DNA of 64,000 nucleotides. Origin: Candidatus Woesearchaeota archaeon. GTDB taxonomy: Archaea; Nanobdellota; Nanobdellia; Woesearchaeales; GW2011-AR4. Below the pieces are notes generated by a model that saw only the letters and a list, made by a program, of their open reading frames with translations, was not told the DNA's origin and made no database searches. The stretch is from assembly GCA_018303625.1 (NCBI GenBank), contig JAGVXV010000010.1:13411-77410 (forward strand). Reading direction: 5' to 3'. The translations under genes and the position numbers were made by a program. Shown here piece by piece: positions 8,758 to 16,654 of this stretch. Numbering within the stretch: position 1 is the stretch's first letter; every line of letters begins with the position of its first letter.

Positions 8758-9063
8758 TTGCATGATGGCGATATGCTTGAAAAAAAGAGGAAAGCAAGCA
8801 TTTTCGAGAAACTGCTTCTGGTAGTAGGGCTATTAGTTCTTGTCATAGGCTACTTCCTCATAAACCGCGTCTTTATCGCCGATAATTATACATTATCATG
8901 GGGATTCCTGCAGACAGTTTTCCTGTGGCTTCTGATGGTCATTTTTATTGTCGTGCTGGCGATAGGGGAGGATATAAAGGAAAGCATTTTGTCCGACCAG
9001 TTCGAGGAAATCAGGAGCCTGAGGAAGGACATAAACGACATTTTAAGGGGAAAAAAGAGTTAA
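8758..9063 (+). CDS. small membrane protein, hypothetical
   Basis: 101 aa with two predicted TM helices and a charged C-terminal tail. Confidence 0.35.
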   Translation: MHDGDMLEKKRKASIFEKLLLVVGLLVLVIGYFLINRVFIADNYTLSWGFLQTVFLWLLMVIFIVVLAIGEDIKESILSDQFEEIRSLRKDINDILRGKKS

Positions 9064-9082
9064 TTTTATAAACTAGGAAATT

Positions 9083-9416
9083 CTACTTTGCAGAGGGACT
9101 GGCGCTTAGCTGTCGGCAGAGATACTAAATCTGCTTTGCAGATTTATTCAATCTTCTGCTGAGGAAAGTCCATCCACACCTGCCTTGCAGGAAGCAGCCA
9201 CTTTCGGAAGAAAGTTCCAGCAATGGAAGTAAACCGCACAGAAACGAGACCTCCCTGGCTAAGGATGATAAACGCGAAGTTTCCCGCGAGGGAAATGAGT
9301 TAACCTTTTGACGTTGCCAAGGAAAGGATGAAACGGCGAGCACTGGCTTGTGCAACCTTTACAGGGCTTAGTTAAATGCTAAGGCAGATGATCGCAACCT
9401 TATGTTGCAAAAAGCA
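9083..9416 (+). ncRNA. rnpB: RNase P RNA (archaeal), approximate ends
   Basis: A roughly 330-nt GC-rich island in AT-rich DNA with no credible ORF. It contains the universal P4 motif 'GAGGAAAGTCC' (about 9161-9171) and a CR-V-like 'ACAGGGCTTAG' (about 9361-9371). The 5' 'CTTTGCAG' pairs with the 3' 'TTGCAAAAAG' as helix P1. Confidence 0.7.
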
Positions 9417-9466
9417 TCTGACAGAAGATGGCTTATGCCAGTCCCATTTTTCAATATTCGGTTAAA

Positions 9467-9640
9467 ATGAGCAATGATAGGGTTTCAATACCATCAGGCA
9501 TGGGGGGCCTTGTAAGGTATTTTGACGAGTACAAAAGCAAAATAAAATTCAAGCCCGGCCATATCGTGATTTTCAGCATAGTGGTCATTGTCATAATGAT
9601 ATTTCTTTACAGCTACGGAAACAGGCTGCTAGGCATATAA
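9467..9640 (+). CDS. secG: Preprotein translocase subunit Sec61beta (SecG)
   Basis: 'MSNDRVSIPSGMGGLVRYFDEYKSK' followed by a single C-terminal TM helix, the hallmark 'GLxRYxDE' motif of archaeal Sec61beta. An internal start is preferred over the ORF-track start. Confidence 0.65.
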   Translation: MSNDRVSIPSGMGGLVRYFDEYKSKIKFKPGHIVIFSIVVIVIMIFLYSYGNRLLGI

Positions 9641-9641
9641 A

Positions 9642-9977
9642 ATGATACCAGGAATGAACCCGAGAAAGATGCAGCAGATGATGCGCAAGATGGGTATTTC
9701 CCAGCAGGAAATTGACGCAACCGAGGTAATAATCAAAACAGCCGAAAAAGAGCTTGTCATCTCGAATCCGCAGGTAAGCAAGGTAAACATGATGGGGCAG
9801 GAAACATTCCAGATAATAGGGAATGTAGAGGAAAGAAGCAGGGAAATAGACATAAGCGATGAGGATATAAGGACAGTGATGGAGCAGGCCAATGCCGATA
9901 AAAAAAGCGCGAAAGAGGCCATTGAAAAAAACAACGGCGATTTGGCTGCGGCAATCATGGAATTAAAGTCTGACTGA
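9642..9977 (+). CDS. nac: Nascent polypeptide-associated complex protein (NAC alpha homolog)
   Basis: An NAC domain ('ELVISNPQVSKVNMMGQETFQIIGNVEE') plus a C-terminal UBA-like 'DEDIRTVMEQANADKKSAKEAIEKNNGDLAAAIMEL'. Confidence 0.85.
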   Translation: MIPGMNPRKMQQMMRKMGISQQEIDATEVIIKTAEKELVISNPQVSKVNMMGQETFQIIGNVEERSREIDISDEDIRTVMEQANADKKSAKEAIEKNNGDLAAAIMELKSD

Positions 9978-10011
9978 GAAAAGCTTTATATTTTCAGGCT
10001 GGTTTATCCGT

Positions 10012-10497
10012 ATGGAAAAATTCCAGGAATTTGGAGGTTTGGCAAGGGAAAAGCTGCAGCTTGCAGAGCATATACTCGCAATAACCTACCCGATGGTTAA
10101 AGATGCCCGCCTGCTGCTGGCTGTTGCTGAAAACCTGTTTTTGTCTTTGACATACGCTATGAGCTCAGTTCTTTACTACGAGAGGCTGTTTAACCGCATA
10201 CCGCCATTCCAGGAAAATTTTGCAGCAAAATTCCATTTGTTTGAAAAAAAATGCATCGGAAAGCATGGGATAAGCAGGGAGCACATAAGGCTGATACAGG
10301 AAGTAAGGGACATAGTCATGCAGCACAAAAAAAGCCCTGTCGAATTCCAGAGAAAAGGCCAGTTTGTCATATGCGATGAATATTTTAGTATCAGGGTTAT
10401 ATCAGCAGATTTTTTGGAAGATTATGTTTCAAAAGCAAAATCATTTATAGATGGCATACTTACCACAGTAAGCAGGGATGAGAGCGTATTAGCCTGA
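10012..10497 (+). CDS. hypothetical protein (tandem paralog A)
   Basis: 161 aa with no known motif. It shares a C-terminal signature with the downstream ORF ('REHIRLIQEVRDI...FLEDYVSKAKSFI' vs 'EEYRRHVTMISNV...LKEDYETTKNFI'). Confidence 0.4.
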   Translation: MEKFQEFGGLAREKLQLAEHILAITYPMVKDARLLLAVAENLFLSLTYAMSSVLYYERLFNRIPPFQENFAAKFHLFEKKCIGKHGISREHIRLIQEVRDIVMQHKKSPVEFQRKGQFVICDEYFSIRVISADFLEDYVSKAKSFIDGILTTVSRDESVLA

Positions 10498-10507
10498 TTT
10501 TTTCAGA

Positions 10508-10972
10508 ATGGAAGAAGCCTTGAATAACGCAGTGCAGGAACTGAAGAGGGTAGACCATTTGTTCTATGTAAGCCTCAAATACACCCGGACAGTGGATATG
10601 ATGAGGCACATGATTGAGAGATTGATAAGCACCATAGACTTCGGCACAGAGTCTTTGCTCAAGCACGCAAAGGAGAATAAATTAATAGCTTCGATACCGA
10701 GCAACGCGGGATTGAGGTCCGAGCTGGTGAAAAAGGTTTACCATGACAACCAGGAGATAATAAGCTACATAAATTTTTACATGAAACTGAGGAAAATCCT
10801 CAGGGCTGACCATAGCAAGAGGGAGGAATACAGAAGGCACGTTACAATGATTTCCAATGTCGGCGGGGAGATTGTCGAAGTGAGCATAGACACGCTGAAA
10901 GAGGATTACGAAACAACTAAAAACTTCATAAAGCTGGTTAAAAAAACACTTTACGGGGAAGAAGAATCCTGA
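10508..10972 (+). CDS. hypothetical protein (tandem paralog B)
   Basis: 154 aa, co-directional with and 10 nt downstream of paralog A. It has the same length class and a shared C-terminal motif. Confidence 0.4.
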   Translation: MEEALNNAVQELKRVDHLFYVSLKYTRTVDMMRHMIERLISTIDFGTESLLKHAKENKLIASIPSNAGLRSELVKKVYHDNQEIISYINFYMKLRKILRADHSKREEYRRHVTMISNVGGEIVEVSIDTLKEDYETTKNFIKLVKKTLYGEEES

Positions 10973-10974
10973 AA

Positions 10975-11487
10975 ATGGATAAGCTGAAAAAGAGGCTGAA
11001 AGAAAAGGGGTGGGCCGAGCAGGAAATAGATAAAACTATAAATATTGTCAGGGAGGCTAAGGAAGGGAAGCACGCGGCAATAAAAATCCTTGACAAAGCA
11101 GTCTACTGGCTCGCTTTGGTTATAGCCGTTATAGGCAATTTTATCATTTCCGTTGCTTTAATACCGCCGCTGATGTTTTTGAAATCAGTCCAGCTGTTTT
11201 TGGTTACCATGATTCTTGGCGCCTCTTTTGGTCTGCTGTTCGAACTGCTTATAAGGAGCATAGAGCATCTTGAGGCAAGGCACCATATCTTTCTGGGCAT
11301 TTTAATCCCGCTCATAGCCATAATAAACGTTTTTATCATCACTTTAGTCGCAAATGGCTTTGAGAAAGCCTTGAATATTAATAATCCGCAAAACCCGTTT
11401 ATTGTTGCAGTTGTTTATGCCTTTTCATTCATACTGCCTTTTGCCTTCTATAAACTCGTGCTGAAGAAGGGCTATTATTCCGGCTAA
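10975..11487 (+). CDS. membrane protein, hypothetical
   Basis: 170 aa with a hydrophilic N-terminal roughly 40 aa and then 4 predicted TM helices. It is tightly packed in the same operon. Confidence 0.4.
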   Translation: MDKLKKRLKEKGWAEQEIDKTINIVREAKEGKHAAIKILDKAVYWLALVIAVIGNFIISVALIPPLMFLKSVQLFLVTMILGASFGLLFELLIRSIEHLEARHHIFLGILIPLIAIINVFIITLVANGFEKALNINNPQNPFIVAVVYAFSFILPFAFYKLVLKKGYYSG

Positions 11488-11488
11488 A

Positions 11489-12052
11489 ATGGCCTGCAAT
11501 GTCTTTATCATCCATGGCGCATACGGGCGCCCTGATGAGAACTGGTTTCCATGGCTGAAGGGGGAATTGGAGAAGTTGGATTGCCGGGTTTTTATTCCTA
11601 AATTCCCAACGCCTGAAAAGCAGACAATGAAAAAATGGCTGAAGGCTTTTGAAAATTATGGAAAATATTTAAATGAGGATTCTATTGTTGTCGGGCACAG
11701 CCTGGGCTGCGCATTCATCCTGAATCTGCTGGAAAATAAAAAAATCAGGGCTGCATTTTTGGTCGCCGCATATTACAAGTTCATAGGCAATGATTATTTT
11801 GACACTATAAGCAAGACATTCATGAAAAGCTTTGATTGGGAAAAAATAAAAGGCAATTGCGGCAAATTCTTCATTTACCATTCTGACAATGACATGTACC
11901 AGCCGCTTTCCATGGCTCATGGCCTGACTGATAACTTGAATGCCAGATTGAAAATAATAAAAAATGCCGGGCATTTCAATGAGAAATCCGGCTATGTGAA
12001 ATTTGAGGCCCTGCTGCATGATTTAAAAAGGCTTGTCGCAAAAGATTTATAA
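11489..12052 (+). CDS. alpha/beta-fold serine hydrolase (RBBP9/YdeN-like)
   Basis: 'FIIHGAYGRPDENWFPW', a nucleophile elbow 'GHSLGC', and a C-terminal 'NAGHFN' His motif. About 190 aa, typical of this esterase family. Confidence 0.6.
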   Translation: MACNVFIIHGAYGRPDENWFPWLKGELEKLDCRVFIPKFPTPEKQTMKKWLKAFENYGKYLNEDSIVVGHSLGCAFILNLLENKKIRAAFLVAAYYKFIGNDYFDTISKTFMKSFDWEKIKGNCGKFFIYHSDNDMYQPLSMAHGLTDNLNARLKIIKNAGHFNEKSGYVKFEALLHDLKRLVAKDL

Positions 12053-12077
12053 GCAAAAAACCAATTCTCAGCATTAT

Positions 12078-12171
12078 GGTGGCCGTAGTTTAATGGTAGA
12101 ATAAGCGGCTGTGGATTGCTTTGTTTGCAAACAGAGCCCGCTTGGAGTGGGTTCGATTCCCACCGGCTGCC
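12078..12171 (+). tRNA. tRNA-His (GTG) with about 22-nt intron in anticodon loop; G-1 encoded
   Basis: Acceptor GTGGCCG/CGGCTGC, an extra 5' G-1 opposite discriminator C73 (a His identity element), U8A9, D-arm GTTT/GAAT, and anticodon stem AGCGG/CCGCT with loop CTGTGG|intron|. The T-arm is GTGGG-TTCGATT-CCCAC. Confidence 0.7.
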
Positions 12172-12258
12172 CTTTTTTATATAAAATGGCGGGTTCGTTT
12201 CAGCTTTGGTGATTTTTATTTTTTTCCGCAAGCTTTTTAAATACCCCCATTATCCTTA

Positions 12259-12268
12259 TTTTATATAA
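12259..12268 (+). promoter_or_regulatory. TATA-box-like element upstream of the uS13 operon
   Basis: 'TTTTATATAA' lies about 75 nt upstream of the uS13 ATG, in the intergenic region after tRNA-His. Confidence 0.3.
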
Positions 12269-12344
12269 GCCCGAGTTCGTTGCGAGCGCTTTTAGGGTTA
12301 GCTGGTTTCGCTATAACGGTTTATTCTCGGCTGTTTTTTTGAAG

Positions 12345-12824
12345 ATGGAAGAAAAGAAAGAGCTCAAGTATTTTGTAAGGATTGCGCAGACAGACCTCGA
12401 GGGAAACAAGCCTATCGGCCATTCCCTGATGAAGATAAAGGGAATAGGCTTCATGATGGCTAATGCCGTCTGCAATGCCATAGGGATGGACCAAAGGAAG
12501 AAAACAGGCTACCTGAATGATGACGAGGTTAAAAAAATCGACGATGTTCTTAAGGACCCTTTAAAATTCAATATTCCCGCGTGGATGTTCAACAGGAAAA
12601 ACGACCCTGAAACAGGGGAAAGCCACCATATTGTAACTTCAAATTTGATTTTCGCCCAGGAAAACGACATAAAGATGTTGAAGAAGATGAGGAGCTACAA
12701 GGGGATAAGGCATATTCTTGGCCTGCCTGTAAGGGGCCAAAGGACAAAGGCGAACTTCAGAAGAAACAAGGGCAAGGTCATGGGAGTTAAAAAGAAGGCA
12801 GAAGCCAAGGCAGGGAGAACTTAG
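12345..12824 (+). CDS. rps13: 30S ribosomal protein uS13
   Basis: 'FVRIAQTDLEGNKPIGHSLMKIKGIGFMMANAVC' and 'KGIRHILGLPVRGQRTKANFRRNKG' are typical. The ATG at 12345 follows an in-frame TTG at 12339. Confidence 0.9.
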   Translation: MEEKKELKYFVRIAQTDLEGNKPIGHSLMKIKGIGFMMANAVCNAIGMDQRKKTGYLNDDEVKKIDDVLKDPLKFNIPAWMFNRKNDPETGESHHIVTSNLIFAQENDIKMLKKMRSYKGIRHILGLPVRGQRTKANFRRNKGKVMGVKKKAEAKAGRT

Positions 12825-12829
12825 CTAAA

Positions 12830-13420
12830 ATGGGAGACATAAAAAGGCAGAAGAAAAAATATTCAACGCCGCGCCATCCGTGGCAAAAGGACAGGATTTT
12901 AGCTGAAAAAGAGCTGATAACAAAATACGGTCTAAGAAGAAAATATGAGATATGGAAAATGAATTCAATCCTGAAAAACTTTTCAGACCAGGCAAAAAAA
13001 TTAACCTCGGAAAAAACAAGGCAGGTTGAAATTGAAACGGGCCAGCTGCTTAAAAAATTGAGTGGGCTGGGGCTTTTGGAAAAAAATGCCAAGATAGCGG
13101 ATGTCCTTTCGATAACGCTGAATGACATCATGGGAAGAAGGCTGCAGACGCTGGTTTTCAAAAAAAGCCTGGCAAAAAGCGTTTTGCAGGCAAGGCAGTT
13201 CATAGTGCACAGGCATGTTACAATAGGGGATAAGACAATAACAACTCCGTCATACCTTGTCCCGCTCCACGAAGAAAGCCTGATACAATTCACCTCCTCT
13301 TCCTCTTTATCAAGCCCAAGCCACGCTGAAAGGCTTCCTGAAGAGAAGAAAGCAAAGAAGAAAGAGGCTGAAGGCGGAAAAGCAAGGAAAAAAACTAAGG
13401 AGAAAACAGCAGAAAAATAA
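12830..13420 (+). CDS. rps4: 30S ribosomal protein uS4 with K-rich C-terminal tail
   Basis: '[29 protein letters not shown]', a typical S4 N-terminus, plus an S4 RNA-binding domain ('[26 protein letters not shown]'). The tail is '[22 protein letters not shown]'. Confidence 0.9.
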   Translation: MGDIKRQKKKYSTPRHPWQKDRILAEKELITKYGLRRKYEIWKMNSILKNFSDQAKKLTSEKTRQVEIETGQLLKKLSGLGLLEKNAKIADVLSITLNDIMGRRLQTLVFKKSLAKSVLQARQFIVHRHVTIGDKTITTPSYLVPLHEESLIQFTSSSSLSSPSHAERLPEEKKAKKKEAEGGKARKKTKEKTAEK

Positions 13421-13421
13421 A

Positions 13422-13823
13422 ATGGTAAGGCCGGAAGGTATAAGATGGGGAATTGCGCACATTTATGCCAGCTATAACAATACTATAATACATATAACGG
13501 ACATAACAGGAACCGAGACAATAAGCAAAAGCTCCGGCGGCCAGGTTGTTAAAAGCCACAGGATGGAAAGCTCGCCGACAGCTGCGATGATTGCGTCTAA
13601 AAAGGCTGCGGAAACAGCGATGGAAAAGGGAATCAGCGGCATACATGTAAAGATAAAGGCGCCCGGAGGCCATAACGGCCCTACAAGCCCGGGTCCTGGC
13701 GCTCAAGCTGCCATAAGGGCTTTGTCGAGAATGGGATTAAGGATAGGCATTATAGAGGAGGTTACGCCTTTGCCTCATGATGGCTGCAGAAAAAAAGGCG
13801 GCAGAAGAGGGAGGCGTGTATAA
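13422..13823 (+). CDS. rps11: 30S ribosomal protein uS11
   Basis: '[24 protein letters not shown]' and '[25 protein letters not shown]' are typical of S11. Confidence 0.9.
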   Translation: MVRPEGIRWGIAHIYASYNNTIIHITDITGTETISKSSGGQVVKSHRMESSPTAAMIASKKAAETAMEKGISGIHVKIKAPGGHNGPTSPGPGAQAAIRALSRMGLRIGIIEEVTPLPHDGCRKKGGRRGRRV

Positions 13824-13824
13824 A

Positions 13825-14619
13825 ATGGAAGTCAGATCGCTTGAAAACAGGAAGGATGAAAATAAGCTTTCATTTATTTTGAAGGACGGCAATCCGTCTT
13901 ATGCAAATGCTTTGAGAAGGATAATGCTTGAAGAAGTGCCTGTAATGGCAGTGGAAGATGTTGAAATAAGGAAGAACAGCTCGATTTTGTACGATGAAAT
14001 TATTGCGCACAGGCTGGGCCTGATGCCGTTAACCACGGACTTAAAATCATATAACCTGCCGGATAAATGCAAGTGCGAGGGCAAAGGCTGCGCGAGGTGC
14101 CAGGTAAAGCTGACATTGCAGGCCTCAAAAGGCACCGGAGTGGTTTATGCGTCTGAAATCAAAAGCAAAGACTCTGCAATCAAGCCTGTTCACCCTAAAA
14201 TGCCGATTGTAAAGCTGCTGAAAAACCAGCAGCTCGAGCTGGAGGCAACAGCGGTTTTAGGCAGGGGAAAAACGCATGTAAAATGGAGCCCGTGCCTTGT
14301 TTACTACAAGAAAAGGCCAGTCATAGAGATAGGCAATGTAAAAAATCCCGAGGAGGTTGTTGACAAGACCCATGGGAATATTTTTGAGATGAGGAATGGA
14401 AAATTAGAGGTTGTGAAGGAGAATTTATTCAAGTATGACCTAGCAGGCATTGCCGAGGAAGTCTCAAACGGAGAAATAAAGGTTTCTTATGTGGATGATT
14501 ACATTTTCAATGTAGAGTCTTGGGGCCAATTAAGCTGCAAGGAAATTGTGACAAAGGCTATAGACATATTTAACGAGCAGCTTGACGAGTTTGCTGAAGA
14601 GCTGAAAAAGGCAAAATAA
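13825..14619 (+). CDS. rpoD: DNA-directed RNA polymerase subunit D (Rpo3)
   Basis: The internal start 'MEVRSLENRKDENKLSFILKDGNPSYANALRRIMLEEVP' is the RpoD dimerisation domain. A Cys cluster 'CKCEGKGCARC' is present. The ATG is 1 nt after the S11 stop. Confidence 0.85.
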   Translation: MEVRSLENRKDENKLSFILKDGNPSYANALRRIMLEEVPVMAVEDVEIRKNSSILYDEIIAHRLGLMPLTTDLKSYNLPDKCKCEGKGCARCQVKLTLQASKGTGVVYASEIKSKDSAIKPVHPKMPIVKLLKNQQLELEATAVLGRGKTHVKWSPCLVYYKKRPVIEIGNVKNPEEVVDKTHGNIFEMRNGKLEVVKENLFKYDLAGIAEEVSNGEIKVSYVDDYIFNVESWGQLSCKEIVTKAIDIFNEQLDEFAEELKKAK

Positions 14620-14642
14620 ACGCAACATATTCCCGCTCCCAT

Positions 14643-14760
14643 GCGGGGGTGGCAGAGATTCCGGGCCTTTAGCGGGGCTCGCTACTGCACCTGGCCAAAT
14701 GCGCAAGGTCGAGGGCCTTGTCCCTTAGTGGGTGCGCGTGTTCAAATCACGTCCCCCGCA
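14643..14760 (+). tRNA. tRNA-Leu (GAG), class II, with about 32-nt intron in the D-loop
   Basis: Acceptor GCGGGGG/CCCCCGC with A73. D-stem GCA/TGC with D-loop 'GAG|32-nt intron|CCTGGCCAAA'. Anticodon stem CAAGG/CCTTG with loop TCGAGGG. Long variable arm 'TCCCTTAGTGGGTGC'. T-arm GCGTG-TTCAAAT-CACGT. Confidence 0.7.
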
Positions 14761-14776
14761 TATTCAAAAAAACAAA

Positions 14777-15142
14777 ATGGCAAAAAGAACCGGTCCGACA
14801 AATCCGATATTGCAGAGCTTAATCCAGGAGCTCAAGAAAAGAGGTAGTGAGCAGTCTGCAAATTTATGGAAGAGGGTTGCAATGGATTTGGAAAAGCCGA
14901 CAAGGCAGAGAAGGGCTGTCAATCTGTCAAGGATTGACAGGTACACAAAAGAAAACGAGATTATTGTCGTGCCTGGAAAAGTGCTTGGCTCCGGAGACCT
15001 GAACCATAAGCTGACTATAGCCGCATACCAGTTCTCGGAAGGCGCTCTCGAAAAGCTGGAAAAGGCAGGCGCTAATGTTGTCTCATTGCTGGAATTAAGC
15101 AAAGAAAGCCCTGACGGAAAAAGGATAAAGATCATAGGCTAA
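14777..15142 (+). CDS. rpl18e: 50S ribosomal protein L18e (eL15 family)
   Basis: The internal start 'MAKRTGPTNPILQSLIQELKK...' is typical of L18e. It lies in the conserved position before uL13. Confidence 0.85.
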   Translation: MAKRTGPTNPILQSLIQELKKRGSEQSANLWKRVAMDLEKPTRQRRAVNLSRIDRYTKENEIIVVPGKVLGSGDLNHKLTIAAYQFSEGALEKLEKAGANVVSLLELSKESPDGKRIKIIG

Positions 15143-15143
15143 A

Positions 15144-15557
15144 ATGATAATAGACGCAAATAATCTTATTTTGGGGAGAATGGCAAGCTACATCGCAAAA
15201 AAGGCCTTGCTGGGCAACAGGGTAGATGTTGTTAATTGCGAAAATTGCGTCATTATAGGAAAAAAGAGGGAAATTTTGGGCAGATATAACAAAAGGCTTC
15301 AGAGAGGAGTGCATACAAAAGGGCCTTTTTTGCCGAAAATGCCGGACAGGTTTGTCAAAAAAACCATAAGAGGCATGATACCCTACAATATAAGCAAGGG
15401 AAAAAGCGCCTTCAAAAACGTCAGATGCTATATAGGCGTTCCTGAAAATCTAAAGAACGAAAAAATGGAGAATTTAAAAGGCATGAATATTTCGAAGCTT
15501 GATGCTATCGATTACATAAGAATAAATGAGGTATGCAAGTTCCTGGGTGGAAGATGA
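15144..15557 (+). CDS. rpl13: 50S ribosomal protein uL13
   Basis: 'IIDANNLILGRMASYIAKKALLGNRVDVVNCENCVIIGKK' is typical of archaeal L13. Confidence 0.9.
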   Translation: MIIDANNLILGRMASYIAKKALLGNRVDVVNCENCVIIGKKREILGRYNKRLQRGVHTKGPFLPKMPDRFVKKTIRGMIPYNISKGKSAFKNVRCYIGVPENLKNEKMENLKGMNISKLDAIDYIRINEVCKFLGGR

Positions 15558-15955
15558 AAGTCGTACAGGCATTAGGAAAAAGAAAAACCGCAATTGCGAG
15601 AGTTACACTAAGGCAGGGAAAGGGGACTGTAAGGGTAAACCACGTTCCTATTGATAATTACACGCCAAAGCTTTCGAGGCTGAAGCTGATGGAGCCTTTG
15701 ATTATAGCCGGCGATGCGGCAAGCAAGGTTGACATAGACGTTAACGTCGCAGGCGGCGGAGTGACAAGCCAGGCCGAAGCTTCAAGATTAGGCATTGCAA
15801 AAGCTCTTGTCGAATTCACGAAGAGCGAGAAACTAAGGGAGCAATACTTAAATTATGACAGGACTATGCTTGTTGCGGACGTAAGGAGAAAGGAAATGCA
15901 CAAGCCTAACAGGCATGGGAAGGCAAGGGCAAAAGTGCAGAAGTCTTACAGGTGA
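15533..15955 (+). CDS. rps9: 30S ribosomal protein uS9
   Basis: 'VVQALGKRKTAIARVTLRQGKGTVRVN' and the C-terminal 'RRKEMHKPNRHGKARAKVQKSYR' are typical of S9. It overlaps the L13 3' end. Confidence 0.9.
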   Translation: MQVPGWKMKVVQALGKRKTAIARVTLRQGKGTVRVNHVPIDNYTPKLSRLKLMEPLIIAGDAASKVDIDVNVAGGGVTSQAEASRLGIAKALVEFTKSEKLREQYLNYDRTMLVADVRRKEMHKPNRHGKARAKVQKSYR

Positions 15956-15965
15956 GGAGGGCAAA

Positions 15966-16163
15966 ATGATAATTCCAGTCAGGTGTTGGAGCTGTGGAAA
16001 GCCGATAGGGCATTTATGGGAATCTTTCCAGGACAAGGTAAATGCAGGCGATGAAAGGAAGAAGGTTTTGGATGAATTGGGCCTGGAAAGGTATTGCTGC
16101 AGGGCAATGTTTTTGGGCCATTCTGACTTGATTGACACGGCAGCGCAGTTCAAGAAGTTTTAA
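15966..16163 (+). CDS. rpoN: DNA-directed RNA polymerase subunit N (Rpo10)
   Basis: 'MIIPVRCWSCGKPIGHLWESF...YCCRAMFLGHSDLID', Zn-binding CxxC...CC. About 65 aa from the internal start. An SD 'GAGGAGGG' lies upstream. Confidence 0.8.
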   Translation: MIIPVRCWSCGKPIGHLWESFQDKVNAGDERKKVLDELGLERYCCRAMFLGHSDLIDTAAQFKKF

Positions 16164-16380
16164 TCTTTTTAATTTTTATTTTAATTCTTATTTGAAAACC
16201 AAAAGATTTTTATATAAATTATATGATTTAAAGTTTTATGTCGCAGACTGGCATAATTGCTTTGAGTATCCTGATTATTGTGCTAGTCATCGTGCTGTAA
16301 GTGCGGGCCTGATAAGAGGAGCCTGCACTTGTTGAGCTTTTTCTTATCGGGCAAAATAAAATTGATGGAGGTAGAAATAA

Positions 16381-16584
16381 ATGGTTGAAATGTACGAAGC
16401 AGAAAAAGGACCTTATTTTAGGCCAGGTGATCAAGGAACGGTCGCTTACAATGGTGGCTGGATAACAAGACCGAGAGAAAACAGAATTTTCATTCCTGTT
16501 ACTCCGACAAATATTGTTGATGTGCACACTGTTCCAAGTCAATTTGGGCAGAAAAACCAAAAACCACTGGAAAGAATATTATAG
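16381..16584 (+). CDS. small hypothetical protein
   Basis: 67-aa ORF preceded by a 'GGAGG' SD. No homology is recognisable. Coding status is uncertain. Confidence 0.3.
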   Translation: MVEMYEAEKGPYFRPGDQGTVAYNGGWITRPRENRIFIPVTPTNIVDVHTVPSQFGQKNQKPLERIL

Positions 16585-16654
16585 TAATTTATTTTTATTT
16601 ATTTTAGGTTACAAACAAAAAACCTTAAAAAAGATGCCCCTTTACGTTTAGATT

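Noticed and set aside
9125-9355. 76-aa minus-strand ORF
   Set aside because: It lies entirely inside the GC-rich RNase P RNA locus. It has no SD and an improbable composition.
12787-13293. 168-aa minus-strand ORF antisense to uS4 / uS13
   Set aside because: It overlaps two highly conserved ribosomal protein genes. It has no motif and is an antisense artefact.
13777-13824. N-terminal extensions in the ORF track for rpoD, rps24e, rpoN, rpl18e, pcm, the PIN gene and secG
   Set aside because: Conserved N-termini begin at internal ATGs: MEVRSL, MDLKII, MIIPVR, MAKRTG, MISLEQ, MQKILL and MSNDRV. Several upstream starts are GTG/TTG or overlap the preceding gene, so the internal starts are preferred.
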